Source: a virus
Lineage: Duplodnaviria > Heunggongvirae > Uroviricota > Caudoviricetes
Virus record (IMG/VR): IMGVR_UViG_3300008114_001632
Strand: one strand, 5' to 3'
DNA length: 64,000 nucleotides
The translations under genes and the position numbers were made by a program. Below, piece by piece: positions 17,955 through 26,589 of this stretch. Each line of letters opens with the position of its first letter. Position 1 is the first letter of the stretch. The notes beneath the pieces are model-generated. The model was not told the DNA's origin. It saw nothing but the letters and a program-made list of their open reading frames with translations, and did not search any database.

Positions 17955-20627
17955 TTAGTCTCCAAAGTCAAACAAACTGTTGAAGGTATTGTGTCGCTTA
18001 GTATCCTCTAATGGATAGTCCAGCACTCCAATCAAATTGTCTAACTTATTATCAATAATAGTTTCTGCCATTGCTGCATCATCAAATGGCAGTTCTTTGA
18101 ACCATTCAGGCATACGTAATTCATCTGTTGGATAAGCAACACTTGTATAGCCCAATGGGTTTTGTTTTAGTTTGCAAACAATAACTTTCATGCCGTCAAC
18201 AATCTCTTGCGAGTATTTGTCTCCGTTCATACGTTTAAGTGTATTCCAATTAATACTTGCTCTAACGTGGCCGGGCATGTTTGCTTTGCCCTGTTTTGCT
18301 TCGAGTCGTTGATAGTGTCCAATCTTGTTTGCACGTTTTGGACTACCTTTCTCCCAACCCGGACGTTCACTAAACTCTTGCCGGAATCTTGTAATACGTT
18401 CTAATACATCTTCTCTAGGTTTATCTGTAAGCACCATAAGCAATAGTTCGCTTAGAAATTCTTGCATAAACACAGGTGTATCACTTCTACGCAGGTCTAA
18501 GCCCATAGCCTTTACTTTGCCTGGCTTACCATCTACGTCACTGCGGAAACCTTCTGTGTCATATACCAGAGCCGCATAACGTTTTTTAGTAATAAACAAT
18601 CCGCTTTCAGCAACAATCTCACGACCTGCGGCAATAACTTCTGCTCGACTTTTTGGACAATGAAATGATTTTGCCATCATGTCAACAAACGTAGCATTGG
18701 CTGCTTCTGCTACTTGATCGTAAAGTGTAATAACATTTTCTTTAGACCACGGAATCTTACCTGCTTCTACTTCTTTACTGAGAGTAGGCCAAGCACTAAA
18801 ATACACAGAGTCAGTGTCACCGTAAATTACTGCCTCACCAACGTGATCATAAACACCAGTAATAACTTTGTTTACTTCTGCACTCATGTGTTTAACAATA
18901 GTACGACCAGTAAGAGTAGTACTTTGACCAATACGCTTGTCAAAGAATCTACAACCTGGATTAAGAATGGCACCGTATAAACTGTTAAGCAAAATCTTCT
19001 TAACCAACTGTCGTTTGTCCCAGTATTCAGTTTCTGCTTTGTTACCTGCTTCTTTTGCTTTTTTCAACATCTTTTGCAGGTCCTTACGTTCAGCATACCA
19101 ACGCTTTAGAATACCTGGAATAACACCTTCAAACTCTTGTGTAAAGATAGTGCCGTTACTACTGAGCATCCACGGATTGTTACTGTCAAAAATTAATTTA
19201 TAAATTTCAGCACCGCTCATTACTTCTGTTTGTCCGCTTTCAAAGTCTATTGTTAGAGCAACATCCTTGCGCTTGCTCATAACAGCTTCGTATTCTTCTG
19301 TTGCAAAACGACCTTCCCAACTTCCAGCAAATGTTTTTTTCTTAAGAGTTATGTCTTCGTGAACACGAGCATCACTGATGTCTAGTCGTATTTGTCCAAC
19401 GATAGTTTCTGGAGCCATATTCAAAGCACGAATCACTGACGGATACAGAGAGTTCAAGTCCATCGAACCAATCCATTTGTGCAAGCCTTTTTTAGGAAAC
19501 GCAACGTATGCACCTGCGGCTTGTATATTTTCTTCGTTATCTCTGTTTGTACGATTGGGAACCTGCAATCCACGATTGTGAGCTTCGTTGATAATACCTT
19601 GTTCAGTAACAGCAACAGCACCCATTGTAGTTTGGATAAGCACGGTGTTCTCATGTGCAATGGTATTACTCAAATCAATAAAGCGCAGTTTTTTATCTAA
19701 CTTATCAAGTAGTGCAGTATCTTGAATGTTGTATTGAATAAACTTTTTAAAGTCATTGTTGTAAAGCTGATCCAACGTACCTTCGTATGCTGTCTTGTTT
19801 TCGCCTACTTCAATTTCACCAATAGCATCTAGTCGATAACTGTGACGTTCTTCATAGGTATACTTACGATACAAGTTCAAACTGTCTACGTGTACACGAC
19901 CTACTAAATCGTATGTCTCGCTCATCTTGCCGTACTTTTCGTATTCACGCTTCTTAGGCAATTGACCCCATAAGCAAAAACGTCTTGTATCGTCTTTACT
20001 CATTATGCGGGCTACACGATTTACAATATAAGGGATATCATAGCCCTCGCTGTTCCAACCACTTAATATATCAGCTTCTTCGATAAGTGTTAAGAACGTG
20101 TCCAGCATGTCCTTTTCTTTTTCAAACAACATTACATTAGGAATATCTTTAACTAATTCTGTCGCTTGCTCCATAGTAAGTGTCTTAGGAGGGACTGCCA
20201 AACATATCATTGTTTCTAACCACTGCAAATAAACGGAGACAGACGTAATGCCCATAAATGGATCGCTAGGGTCAGCAAATCCACGTTCGGGATCAAAGTC
20301 TGTCTCAATATCGAAAAATGCAATGTTTAGTTTTGGAGCATCTTGGTTGAGATAGTTTTCACTTAGACATTGAAAGATTGGATTAATATCACTTTCAAAT
20401 AAAGTTTTATCTCGATTGATGGCAATTTCTTTGCGGAAATCTTTTGTGTTCTTACATACAATACGACTCAAAGGATCTCCGTACACACTCTTGTACTTGC
20501 CTTTTTGGTCTTTGTAGTAAAATGTATACTTTACAGGATATTCACGGAATGTTCTAACTCCGTCTTTGCGTTCAACTATTTTGATCGTATCATGATCACG
20601 GTCAAACAATGCGTCTACGTAACTCAA
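17955..20627 (-). CDS. polB: family B DNA polymerase (T4 gp43-like)
   Basis: Exo FFDIET, GWNSEGYDIPY, YNIQD; Pol DLNSLYPS, KILLNSLYG, YGDTDS; TTG start. Confidence 0.97.
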   Translation of the reverse strand: MSYVDALFDRDHDTIKIVERKDGVRTFREYPVKYTFYYKDQKGKYKSVYGDPLSRIVCKNTKDFRKEIAINRDKTLFESDINPIFQCLSENYLNQDAPKLNIAFFDIETDFDPERGFADPSDPFMGITSVSVYLQWLETMICLAVPPKTLTMEQATELVKDIPNVMLFEKEKDMLDTFLTLIEEADILSGWNSEGYDIPYIVNRVARIMSKDDTRRFCLWGQLPKKREYEKYGKMSETYDLVGRVHVDSLNLYRKYTYEERHSYRLDAIGEIEVGENKTAYEGTLDQLYNNDFKKFIQYNIQDTALLDKLDKKLRFIDLSNTIAHENTVLIQTTMGAVAVTEQGIINEAHNRGLQVPNRTNRDNEENIQAAGAYVAFPKKGLHKWIGSMDLNSLYPSVIRALNMAPETIVGQIRLDISDARVHEDITLKKKTFAGSWEGRFATEEYEAVMSKRKDVALTIDFESGQTEVMSGAEIYKLIFDSNNPWMLSSNGTIFTQEFEGVIPGILKRWYAERKDLQKMLKKAKEAGNKAETEYWDKRQLVKKILLNSLYGAILNPGCRFFDKRIGQSTTLTGRTIVKHMSAEVNKVITGVYDHVGEAVIYGDTDSVYFSAWPTLSKEVEAGKIPWSKENVITLYDQVAEAANATFVDMMAKSFHCPKSRAEVIAAGREIVAESGLFITKKRYAALVYDTEGFRSDVDGKPGKVKAMGLDLRRSDTPVFMQEFLSELLLMVLTDKPREDVLERITRFRQEFSERPGWEKGSPKRANKIGHYQRLEAKQGKANMPGHVRASINWNTLKRMNGDKYSQEIVDGMKVIVCKLKQNPLGYTSVAYPTDELRMPEWFKELPFDDAAMAETIIDNKLDNLIGVLDYPLEDTKRHNTFNSLFDFGD

Positions 20628-20640
20628 TTAAATGCCTCCC

Positions 20641-20702
20641 CGTTATTAATGGCTAACGTTGCCTCTACATGTTCGTAAGTGAACGACTCTATAAATATTT
20701 AT
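20641..20702 (-). promoter_or_regulatory. late-type promoter and structured polB leader
   Basis: ATAAATA at 20696-20702; hairpins GTTC/GAAC and CGTTA-N8-TAACG next to the GGAGG SD. Confidence 0.5.
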
Positions 20703-20986
20703 TACCACCAACTATTTGCAACGCCAAACCCGAATACGTTTATAACTGCAAAATAACCAGTCAGTAACATTGGCCAAGCCAAGCCTCTTCTATAATAAGC
20801 GTATGTGCCAGTGATACTTCCAATAAAGAAGCCAGGATAGATAACAGCCATGTTTGGACTTTGTGCAGTAAAGGCAAGAGTTAAACTTGCCGCTACTGTA
20901 AACACAAAACTAATTAACTCAAAAGTAAAAGCAGTTTTATCACTATGATAACTGTCCAGCCAAAAGTCTTTTATTTTTTTAATCAT
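20702..20986 (-). CDS. small 3-TM membrane protein
   Basis: three hydrophobic helices. Confidence 0.75.
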   Translation of the reverse strand: MIKKIKDFWLDSYHSDKTAFTFELISFVFTVAASLTLAFTAQSPNMAVIYPGFFIGSITGTYAYYRRGLAWPMLLTGYFAVINVFGFGVANSWW

Positions 20987-21243
20987 TTATCCTTGCCAAC
21001 GGTTACGACCAATGTTTCTAAGTCGTCAAACTCGCCAGCAACACGATCCCAGTCGCCTTTTCGTGCAATTTTAATTGCTTTGGTAATTAAGCCAGGCTTA
21101 ATGTCTAATTCTTCTGCTACTGATTTAATAGTATCTTTCAGACCTTCTTGTAGGTCTTCAATCTCTTGTAATACTGTAACGCCTTCGTTAACCAATTTTT
21201 CTAGTTTTGCCTTTTCTTCTGCGCCATAGGTGCGATCACTCAT
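20983..21243 (-). CDS. small dsDNA-binding protein (T4 DsbA / DUF2312-like)
   Basis: helical LQEIEDLQEGLKDTIKSVAEELDIKPGLITKAIKIA pattern. Confidence 0.6.
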   Translation of the reverse strand: MSDRTYGAEEKAKLEKLVNEGVTVLQEIEDLQEGLKDTIKSVAEELDIKPGLITKAIKIARKGDWDRVAGEFDDLETLVVTVGKDK

Positions 21244-21273
21244 GAGTGTTTTCTCCTTTAAAAGTTATATTGT

Positions 21274-21302
21274 ATTATACGGGATTAATTAAAAGAAGTC
21301 AA
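21274..21302 (-). promoter_or_regulatory. sigma70 promoter
   Basis: TTGACT-N17-TATAAT. Confidence 0.75.
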
Positions 21303-22007
21303 TTATTTTTTTCCTAAAAGATAGTTACTAATAATAGTATCCATCGTTCTAAGAGCTGAAAATAATCCAATATCTACGTCTTTTTTAAGAAGCTTGCCTT
21401 CTTTTTCAAATTGTTCACCAAGGCCTTGAACAATAGTATCTCTTGCTCGTTTCGCCTGATTAGTACTGCCTGTTTTATATGCATCGGCCCATTGCTTAGA
21501 TCGTTTTTGTTCAATAAGTACTGCAAGCCATTTTTTAATATAGTCATGTGCGCCACCTTCCCATTTAGTGAATTCAGTTACGCTCATGGGAACCCAAGTT
21601 GAAATGTCTTGTAAGGTTTCTTTTCTATCAGTTGCAAGCGGAGATGCCTGTGGAACAGTCTTTAGTTGAACCTTAGTATTAGCATGTGGTTTTATAAAAT
21701 CATATATTTCTTGCCAAGAACTAGGTGATTTAGGAAGCCTAATACCGTAGGTAATAGCTTTTGAATTCCACATAACAGGTGACATTGGATTGCTTTTAGC
21801 ACCAAACGCAGCGTTAGCCCTATCAATTTGATATTCTCTATCCTCTGTACTAGCAGCTCGATCAAGATCTAATTTTATAAAATGCATGATAATATTTCGC
21901 CACTGCTGGTCATCGAAGGCATTGCGCAGATCAGACATTGTCTCAATAGTTTTGCCTTGAGTTGCTGCCGCAGGATCTTGCTCTATTATAATATCAAAAA
22001 CATTCAT
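21303..22007 (-). CDS. hypothetical protein, putative internal head protein
   Basis: N-terminus MNVFDIIIEQ. Confidence 0.75.
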   Translation of the reverse strand: MNVFDIIIEQDPAAATQGKTIETMSDLRNAFDDQQWRNIIMHFIKLDLDRAASTEDREYQIDRANAAFGAKSNPMSPVMWNSKAITYGIRLPKSPSSWQEIYDFIKPHANTKVQLKTVPQASPLATDRKETLQDISTWVPMSVTEFTKWEGGAHDYIKKWLAVLIEQKRSKQWADAYKTGSTNQAKRARDTIVQGLGEQFEKEGKLLKKDVDIGLFSALRTMDTIISNYLLGKK

Positions 22008-22010
22008 AGG

Positions 22011-22454
22011 TTACTTTGGTGCAGTACCTTTAAATTTTCCAGCAGCGATTCCTGACAGGGTATCGCCTTTAACAACGGTATACGGCTCTGTCTTACCTGG
22101 TAATTTAATTGTCTGACCAACTCTAATAAGATTAGGATTTTTAATATTGTTGGCCTTAGCTAAAGCTGTAATTGCTCTTGAAAACTGTGCTGATGGATCT
22201 CTACCACCTCTAGTATTTGTTCCACTACCTGCGGCCGGATCGTTAGTGGCTGTACCAACTGATCCTACATAACTACTCCCGCCAGCGCGATCGAGGCCGC
22301 CACTAGTTGTAGTTGATCCGTCCGGTTTTACAGGGGTTACTTGTGCACCGCCACTAGTTGTAGTTGATCCGTCCGGTTTTACAGGGGTTACTTGTGCACC
22401 GCCACTAGTTGTAGTTGATCCGTCCGGTTTTACAGGGGTTACTTGTGCACCCAC
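22011..22454 (-). CDS. C-terminal part of a frameshifted protein: 17-aa repeats + permuted LysM
   Basis: LAKANNIKNPNLIRVGQTIKLP followed by YTVVKGDTLSGIA; continues 22405..23577 if 2 nt are restored. Confidence 0.7.
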   Translation of the reverse strand: MGAQVTPVKPDGSTTTSGGAQVTPVKPDGSTTTSGGAQVTPVKPDGSTTTSGGLDRAGGSSYVGSVGTATNDPAAGSGTNTRGGRDPSAQFSRAITALAKANNIKNPNLIRVGQTIKLPGKTEPYTVVKGDTLSGIAAGKFKGTAPK

Positions 22455-22482
22455 TAGTTGTAGTTGATCCGTCCGGTTTTAC
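22297..22482. repeat. 51-bp tandem repeat, 3 perfect copies + 1 partial
   Basis: unit ccgccactagttgtagttgatccgtccggttttacaggggttacttgtgca at 22297, 22348, 22399; the copy at 22450 lacks 2 nt. Confidence 0.95.
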
Positions 22483-23577
22483 TAGCGGATTTGTTTTAGC
22501 CCAACCAGCGGCTGGACCTGGATCGCCATACAGCGCACTAGATGGGTGTTTTGGATTTCTCAATGCAGTGTTTACATTATTATCTCGTAACTCTATAGCT
22601 TTCTTTCTAGTAATAAATCCAGATTTATAAATTATAACAGCATCTTCTATATTTGCATATCTTGCAGATTTATAATTTCCTGATTGGTCTTTATCAACAT
22701 ATACATAGCTGTCGCCATTTGGCATTGAATACAATCCAGGAAGATCTAATCGCTCTGCAACTCTTCCTAAGAATTGTCTTTTAATATAGTCTGGACTCAT
22801 TGCGAATCTTTTAAATCCGCGGCTAAAGCCTTGAAGGAAACTGTCGTCGTCTCGTGACTGTAAGAAATCGCGTATTCCTTTTACTGTGTCGTTCATGTCT
22901 TGTTCAACTTCTTCAATAGTTGTAGGAACACCACGCTTTGCTATTACACGATCAATATAGTCATTAACTTCGTTAGACTCAACCAGTCTGCTTTCGCCTA
23001 CGTGTTCGGGCTTGCCTTTGTGCTTTGTACTTGCATAGTCTTTAGCAGCTGATTTGCTCATGCCTTTAGCAGCCTTGGCTACTTCTGGACTTGCAGCTTT
23101 TTCGCCTTTCTTTGTAGCATAGACCATGCCCATAAATTTTTGTTGCGCTTTTGACTTAGCTTTTTCTTCTAGTTGTTGAGCTAGACGTAACTTGTATTCA
23201 TCTTCTTTAACACAATTATCTACAGTCTTGCCGCCTTTTTGCTTAGTACCCATGCGCTTGTAACCGTCCCAGCATGCTTTGCCGTCAACGCCTTTTTGTT
23301 TTTCACTTTCGGCCATTTGAGCGCCAAACTTCATTTCATACTCTAAGTTATGAAAAACTGAACCAATGTAGTCAGCTGCCTTGGTAATTTTGCTCTGCTG
23401 CCATGCTTCTAGGCCCTGTTCTTCAGAACGACCTTTAAGCATTTCGTGCAGTTTGATTGCATACTTGGCAATTTTGTACAGCTCAGAACGAGCCATTTGA
23501 ATTTCGTGATCCATTTCTGCTTGTGCAGCTAAATCACCTAGGCCTTCTTTGACAGATTTTAAATCTTTTTCGCGCAT
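22405..23577 (-). CDS. modular putative internal head protein (N-terminal part)
   Basis: short modules (KACWDGYKRMGTK...DNCVK; EKAKSKAQQKFMG) separated by [LIVM]xE sites; GATAAATA at 23605-23612. Confidence 0.75.
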   Translation of the reverse strand: MREKDLKSVKEGLGDLAAQAEMDHEIQMARSELYKIAKYAIKLHEMLKGRSEEQGLEAWQQSKITKAADYIGSVFHNLEYEMKFGAQMAESEKQKGVDGKACWDGYKRMGTKQKGGKTVDNCVKEDEYKLRLAQQLEEKAKSKAQQKFMGMVYATKKGEKAASPEVAKAAKGMSKSAAKDYASTKHKGKPEHVGESRLVESNEVNDYIDRVIAKRGVPTTIEEVEQDMNDTVKGIRDFLQSRDDDSFLQGFSRGFKRFAMSPDYIKRQFLGRVAERLDLPGLYSMPNGDSYVYVDKDQSGNYKSARYANIEDAVIIYKSGFITRKKAIELRDNNVNTALRNPKHPSSALYGDPGPAAGWAKTNPLVKPDGSTTTSGCTSNPCKTGRINYN

Positions 23578-23607
23578 AAAACACTCCGATATTCGTTATT
23601 ATAGTAT

Positions 23608-24072
23608 TTATCTTTTGACAGGTTTGCCACCAAGCAAATTATCATTGGTGTCTAATGCATTTTTAGCAACTTTATTTGTCTTTTTAGGCTTTGTGTTAGC
23701 ACCTGGATTAACTACAGCGGCTACAGCACCTGCTGTAGTAGTTTCTCCTATGCCTCGATTGATACCTCTGCTACCTGTTCCGCCCTTTTTACGCTTCTTG
23801 GCAAGTTCTCCTATACCGTGGCGTATTTGTTCAAAGTTTTGTTCTAGGCCCATAAACATGCCGCCTTTAGATAGCTTTGTAATTCTTTCCCATACTTCGA
23901 GTTCGTCGCTGTCTGCCATCTTTGCAAGTTCTTTTAACTGTGCTCTGGCCTGCATGATACGACCTTTAAGTGTCATAGGGTTAGCTTTTTCATGCCCGTA
24001 GATTCTTGGATTGTTTGGTTCACTAGGATCCATTTCAATAGGAGCTTCGTTTACTAGATCATGTACTTTCAT
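23608..24072 (-). CDS. modular putative internal head protein
   Basis: MKVHDLVNEA N-terminus; IGE-TTTAGAVA module. Confidence 0.75.
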   Translation of the reverse strand: MKVHDLVNEAPIEMDPSEPNNPRIYGHEKANPMTLKGRIMQARAQLKELAKMADSDELEVWERITKLSKGGMFMGLEQNFEQIRHGIGELAKKRKKGGTGSRGINRGIGETTTAGAVAAVVNPGANTKPKKTNKVAKNALDTNDNLLGGKPVKR

Positions 24073-25142
24073 TTCTTTTTTCCTGATTTCATATTAGCTA
24101 GCCAATGTGCCATGCGCTGTTTTTCACCTGAGCTATTCTTTGCTGTTTTTCTTAGACTGCTTACACTAGCCTTAGTATTCACACCACTGCGTTTAGCAAG
24201 TCCTTTGCGCCCTGGATTCTTTCCATCTGCAAAGTTTTCGTGCATGCCAAAGTTTCCAGTCATACGTACTTGTTTTATTCCAACATCATTGGCAAACTTA
24301 TCAATGACCATTGCTATTTGAAAGTCCAGTATAGTTAATCCCTTAACATCAAAGGTAGTTGTCTTTACAGCAACTTCTGCAACGTCCTGTGTTACTTCAC
24401 AGAAGTGATCCATCTTTTCACTTAGCTTATTAATTATTCTTACAAATGCTTCAGCTTCTCTATGATCTTGTGCTACATACTTTGCTTGAAGTGTTTTATG
24501 ATCCAACATCTCCCAGTCTGGAAGATACTTTGTTTTCATATCGTCTAAGGAATCATTATTAGGCTTAAATTCTTCAACATCGTTAGTTCTAAACTTGCCT
24601 TCAACTACACTTTCTACATTATAAGTAGGATCTGTTTTTTGACCTTTCTTTTTCTTATGTGCAGCAGGATCGAGATCAGTAGTTGTTAACCCTAACTTTT
24701 TTAAATTTTGAATATATTCGTGTTCCAAATCTTCACTTCCAAATGACAATATGGCGCTGGGAGGACCTTTACCAAAATCATGTTTGCCCATGCCTTCAAG
24801 ATCGCTGATGTGCATGCCTAGTTTGTACCAATCATATACATCGCTTACATCTACTTTAACAGTGCCAGCTGGCATAGTTGGTTTAGTTTCTGGACCATAT
24901 GGACGATCATTTGGATGTCGATCTTCCATACTTACTTTATTTTTGCCTTCACCTAGATTAGATAAAACATTAGTTGAAGAACCTTTAACACGTCTTTTGT
25001 GTGTAGGTGGGTAACCATCTTTGTCTACTGTATTGCCAAACTTTGCAGCTTGTATTTTAATTTCATCAGGACCAACATCAACTGTTGTATTGACGCCCTT
25101 TACAATGCGACCTCCGTTTTCAAAAATTTCTCGTAACTTCAT
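24069..25142 (-). CDS. modular putative internal head protein with pterin-4a-carbinolamine dehydratase-like domain
   Basis: MKLREIFE; LPDWEM...FVRIINKLSEKMDH...TTFDVKGLTILDFQIA matches the PCD/PhhB pattern. Confidence 0.65.
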   Translation of the reverse strand: MKLREIFENGGRIVKGVNTTVDVGPDEIKIQAAKFGNTVDKDGYPPTHKRRVKGSSTNVLSNLGEGKNKVSMEDRHPNDRPYGPETKPTMPAGTVKVDVSDVYDWYKLGMHISDLEGMGKHDFGKGPPSAILSFGSEDLEHEYIQNLKKLGLTTTDLDPAAHKKKKGQKTDPTYNVESVVEGKFRTNDVEEFKPNNDSLDDMKTKYLPDWEMLDHKTLQAKYVAQDHREAEAFVRIINKLSEKMDHFCEVTQDVAEVAVKTTTFDVKGLTILDFQIAMVIDKFANDVGIKQVRMTGNFGMHENFADGKNPGRKGLAKRSGVNTKASVSSLRKTAKNSSGEKQRMAHWLANMKSGKKK

Positions 25143-25366
25143 CGCTTGCGTCCTCTAAATCCTGGCTGTTGACTCAAGGGGCCAGTAAGCCCAGGAATAG
25201 TAAACCAAAGTTGAAACCATTCTTCTGTACCAGGTTGTATATTACGTTCACGCTCAATCCGTTTCTTTTCAGTACCTGTAACTGAAATGTTTGAGCCTTC
25301 GTATGCAGTGTATCCTTTAAATTCGTTGATACCCGCTAGGCGTTTGAGCTGTTGGATTTCGTCCAT
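25139..25366 (-). CDS. hypothetical protein (LKRLAGI motif)
   Basis: 75-aa ORF, coupled overlaps. Confidence 0.7.
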   Translation of the reverse strand: MDEIQQLKRLAGINEFKGYTAYEGSNISVTGTEKKRIERERNIQPGTEEWFQLWFTIPGLTGPLSQQPGFRGRKR

Positions 25367-26253
25367 TATTTTTTTAATCGTTGTCTTGCTTGATTAAGCA
25401 TATCGTCTAACTCTGGGTCGCTTGCATCAACATCACCTGTTTTACTAGAGTTCATAGTCGTGCCCTTGTATCTTAATTTTAAATTAGAATACATGGCGCC
25501 ACGTTGTCTTAAAAAATCTGACAACCATTTATCAGCTTGCTCGATAACTTGTCTTGGTGTTCCAACCCAATTATTTTTTTCCATAGTTGGTGTTAAATCA
25601 AATTCTTTATATTCACCACCCATTAACATAGATGCCATTAGTTTGTTAGGATCAACTGTTTGTTCTTCCATACTTTCTGCAGGCACAGCTTCTTTGTCTT
25701 TGATTCCCATACCCTTGCGTACAGCCGCAAACATTTCATGTGCTAGTTCTTGATTAGGCACACCTTGTGCAAATGCATCAAAGTCACCGCTGGCCGCAGC
25801 AGCTCGCATTTTACTTGCACTCATACCTTCAGCACCATCTGCATCTGGATCACGCTCGCCTGCACTAACTACTTGTATGTTGTTAAAATTGTATTCAACA
25901 CCGTTGTATTTGTTAATTAGTTCTTGAAATGATTCTACACGATCAGATCCTGCTACATAAATTAGCTCAGTATACCCAAGTTGATTAATCTTTTGTAATG
26001 CTTGAATGATTGTTTTTACTTCTGGATTACCAATGGTTAGCTCTGGAAAGAAAAACTTTGCGTAGCGCAATTTTGTTTGAAAGTCTAGTGGGTCAGTCTT
26101 AGGTTTCTGCGATTGACTTAAAAAGATATAAGGGTCACCGGGTAAACTTTTAATTTTGTCAACTAGTTTTTTGTGCCCTATAGTAGGGGGATTCATCCTA
26201 CCAAATGCTATTACGGCTGCACTTTTAGCTTCAACAATTTGATAGACTTTCAT
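25366..26253 (-). CDS. HIGH-superfamily nucleotidyltransferase (cytidylyltransferase/NMNAT-like)
   Basis: FGRMNPPTIGH, AGSDR, MSASKMR. Confidence 0.8.
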   Translation of the reverse strand: MKVYQIVEAKSAAVIAFGRMNPPTIGHKKLVDKIKSLPGDPYIFLSQSQKPKTDPLDFQTKLRYAKFFFPELTIGNPEVKTIIQALQKINQLGYTELIYVAGSDRVESFQELINKYNGVEYNFNNIQVVSAGERDPDADGAEGMSASKMRAAAASGDFDAFAQGVPNQELAHEMFAAVRKGMGIKDKEAVPAESMEEQTVDPNKLMASMLMGGEYKEFDLTPTMEKNNWVGTPRQVIEQADKWLSDFLRQRGAMYSNLKLRYKGTTMNSSKTGDVDASDPELDDMLNQARQRLKK

Positions 26254-26585
26254 TTGTAATCGCCCTTTTTAATAAGATCCATTTCTTCGGAAAATAGTTT
26301 ATCTATAATAGCAGAGCGATCGTCATTGTTAAAAATTTCATCAGCTTGATCGGCTAGCTTAAATTTTCGGCAGTATTGAGTAATACCTTCTTCAACCATA
26401 GAAGAAAACATTTCCATTTTGTTGCAAGATTTACCTGCGCGACTCATGTCTGCAAGTTTAGTTACAGTAGGATAGTATTGTTTGCGATAGAACATGGGAT
26501 CGTTACGCATGAATACTATTGCGTCTTCAACTACATCAAAAGGTAGTTCTTTATTATCTGGGTGTGTAAATTCAACTATTCTCAT
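26250..26585 (-). CDS. hypothetical protein
   Basis: start re-assigned to MRIVEF at 26585. Confidence 0.7.
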   Translation of the reverse strand: MRIVEFTHPDNKELPFDVVEDAIVFMRNDPMFYRKQYYPTVTKLADMSRAGKSCNKMEMFSSMVEEGITQYCRKFKLADQADEIFNNDDRSAIIDKLFSEEMDLIKKGDYK

Positions 26586-26589
26586 ATTA

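Noticed and set aside
17955-20627. Intein or intron in PolB (also checked ClpA, ThyX)
   Set aside because: Normal lengths, contiguous motifs, no C...HN/LAGLIDADG signatures
22297-22482. Possible CRISPR array
   Set aside because: Units are head-to-tail with no unique spacers and encode an in-frame 17-aa peptide repeat
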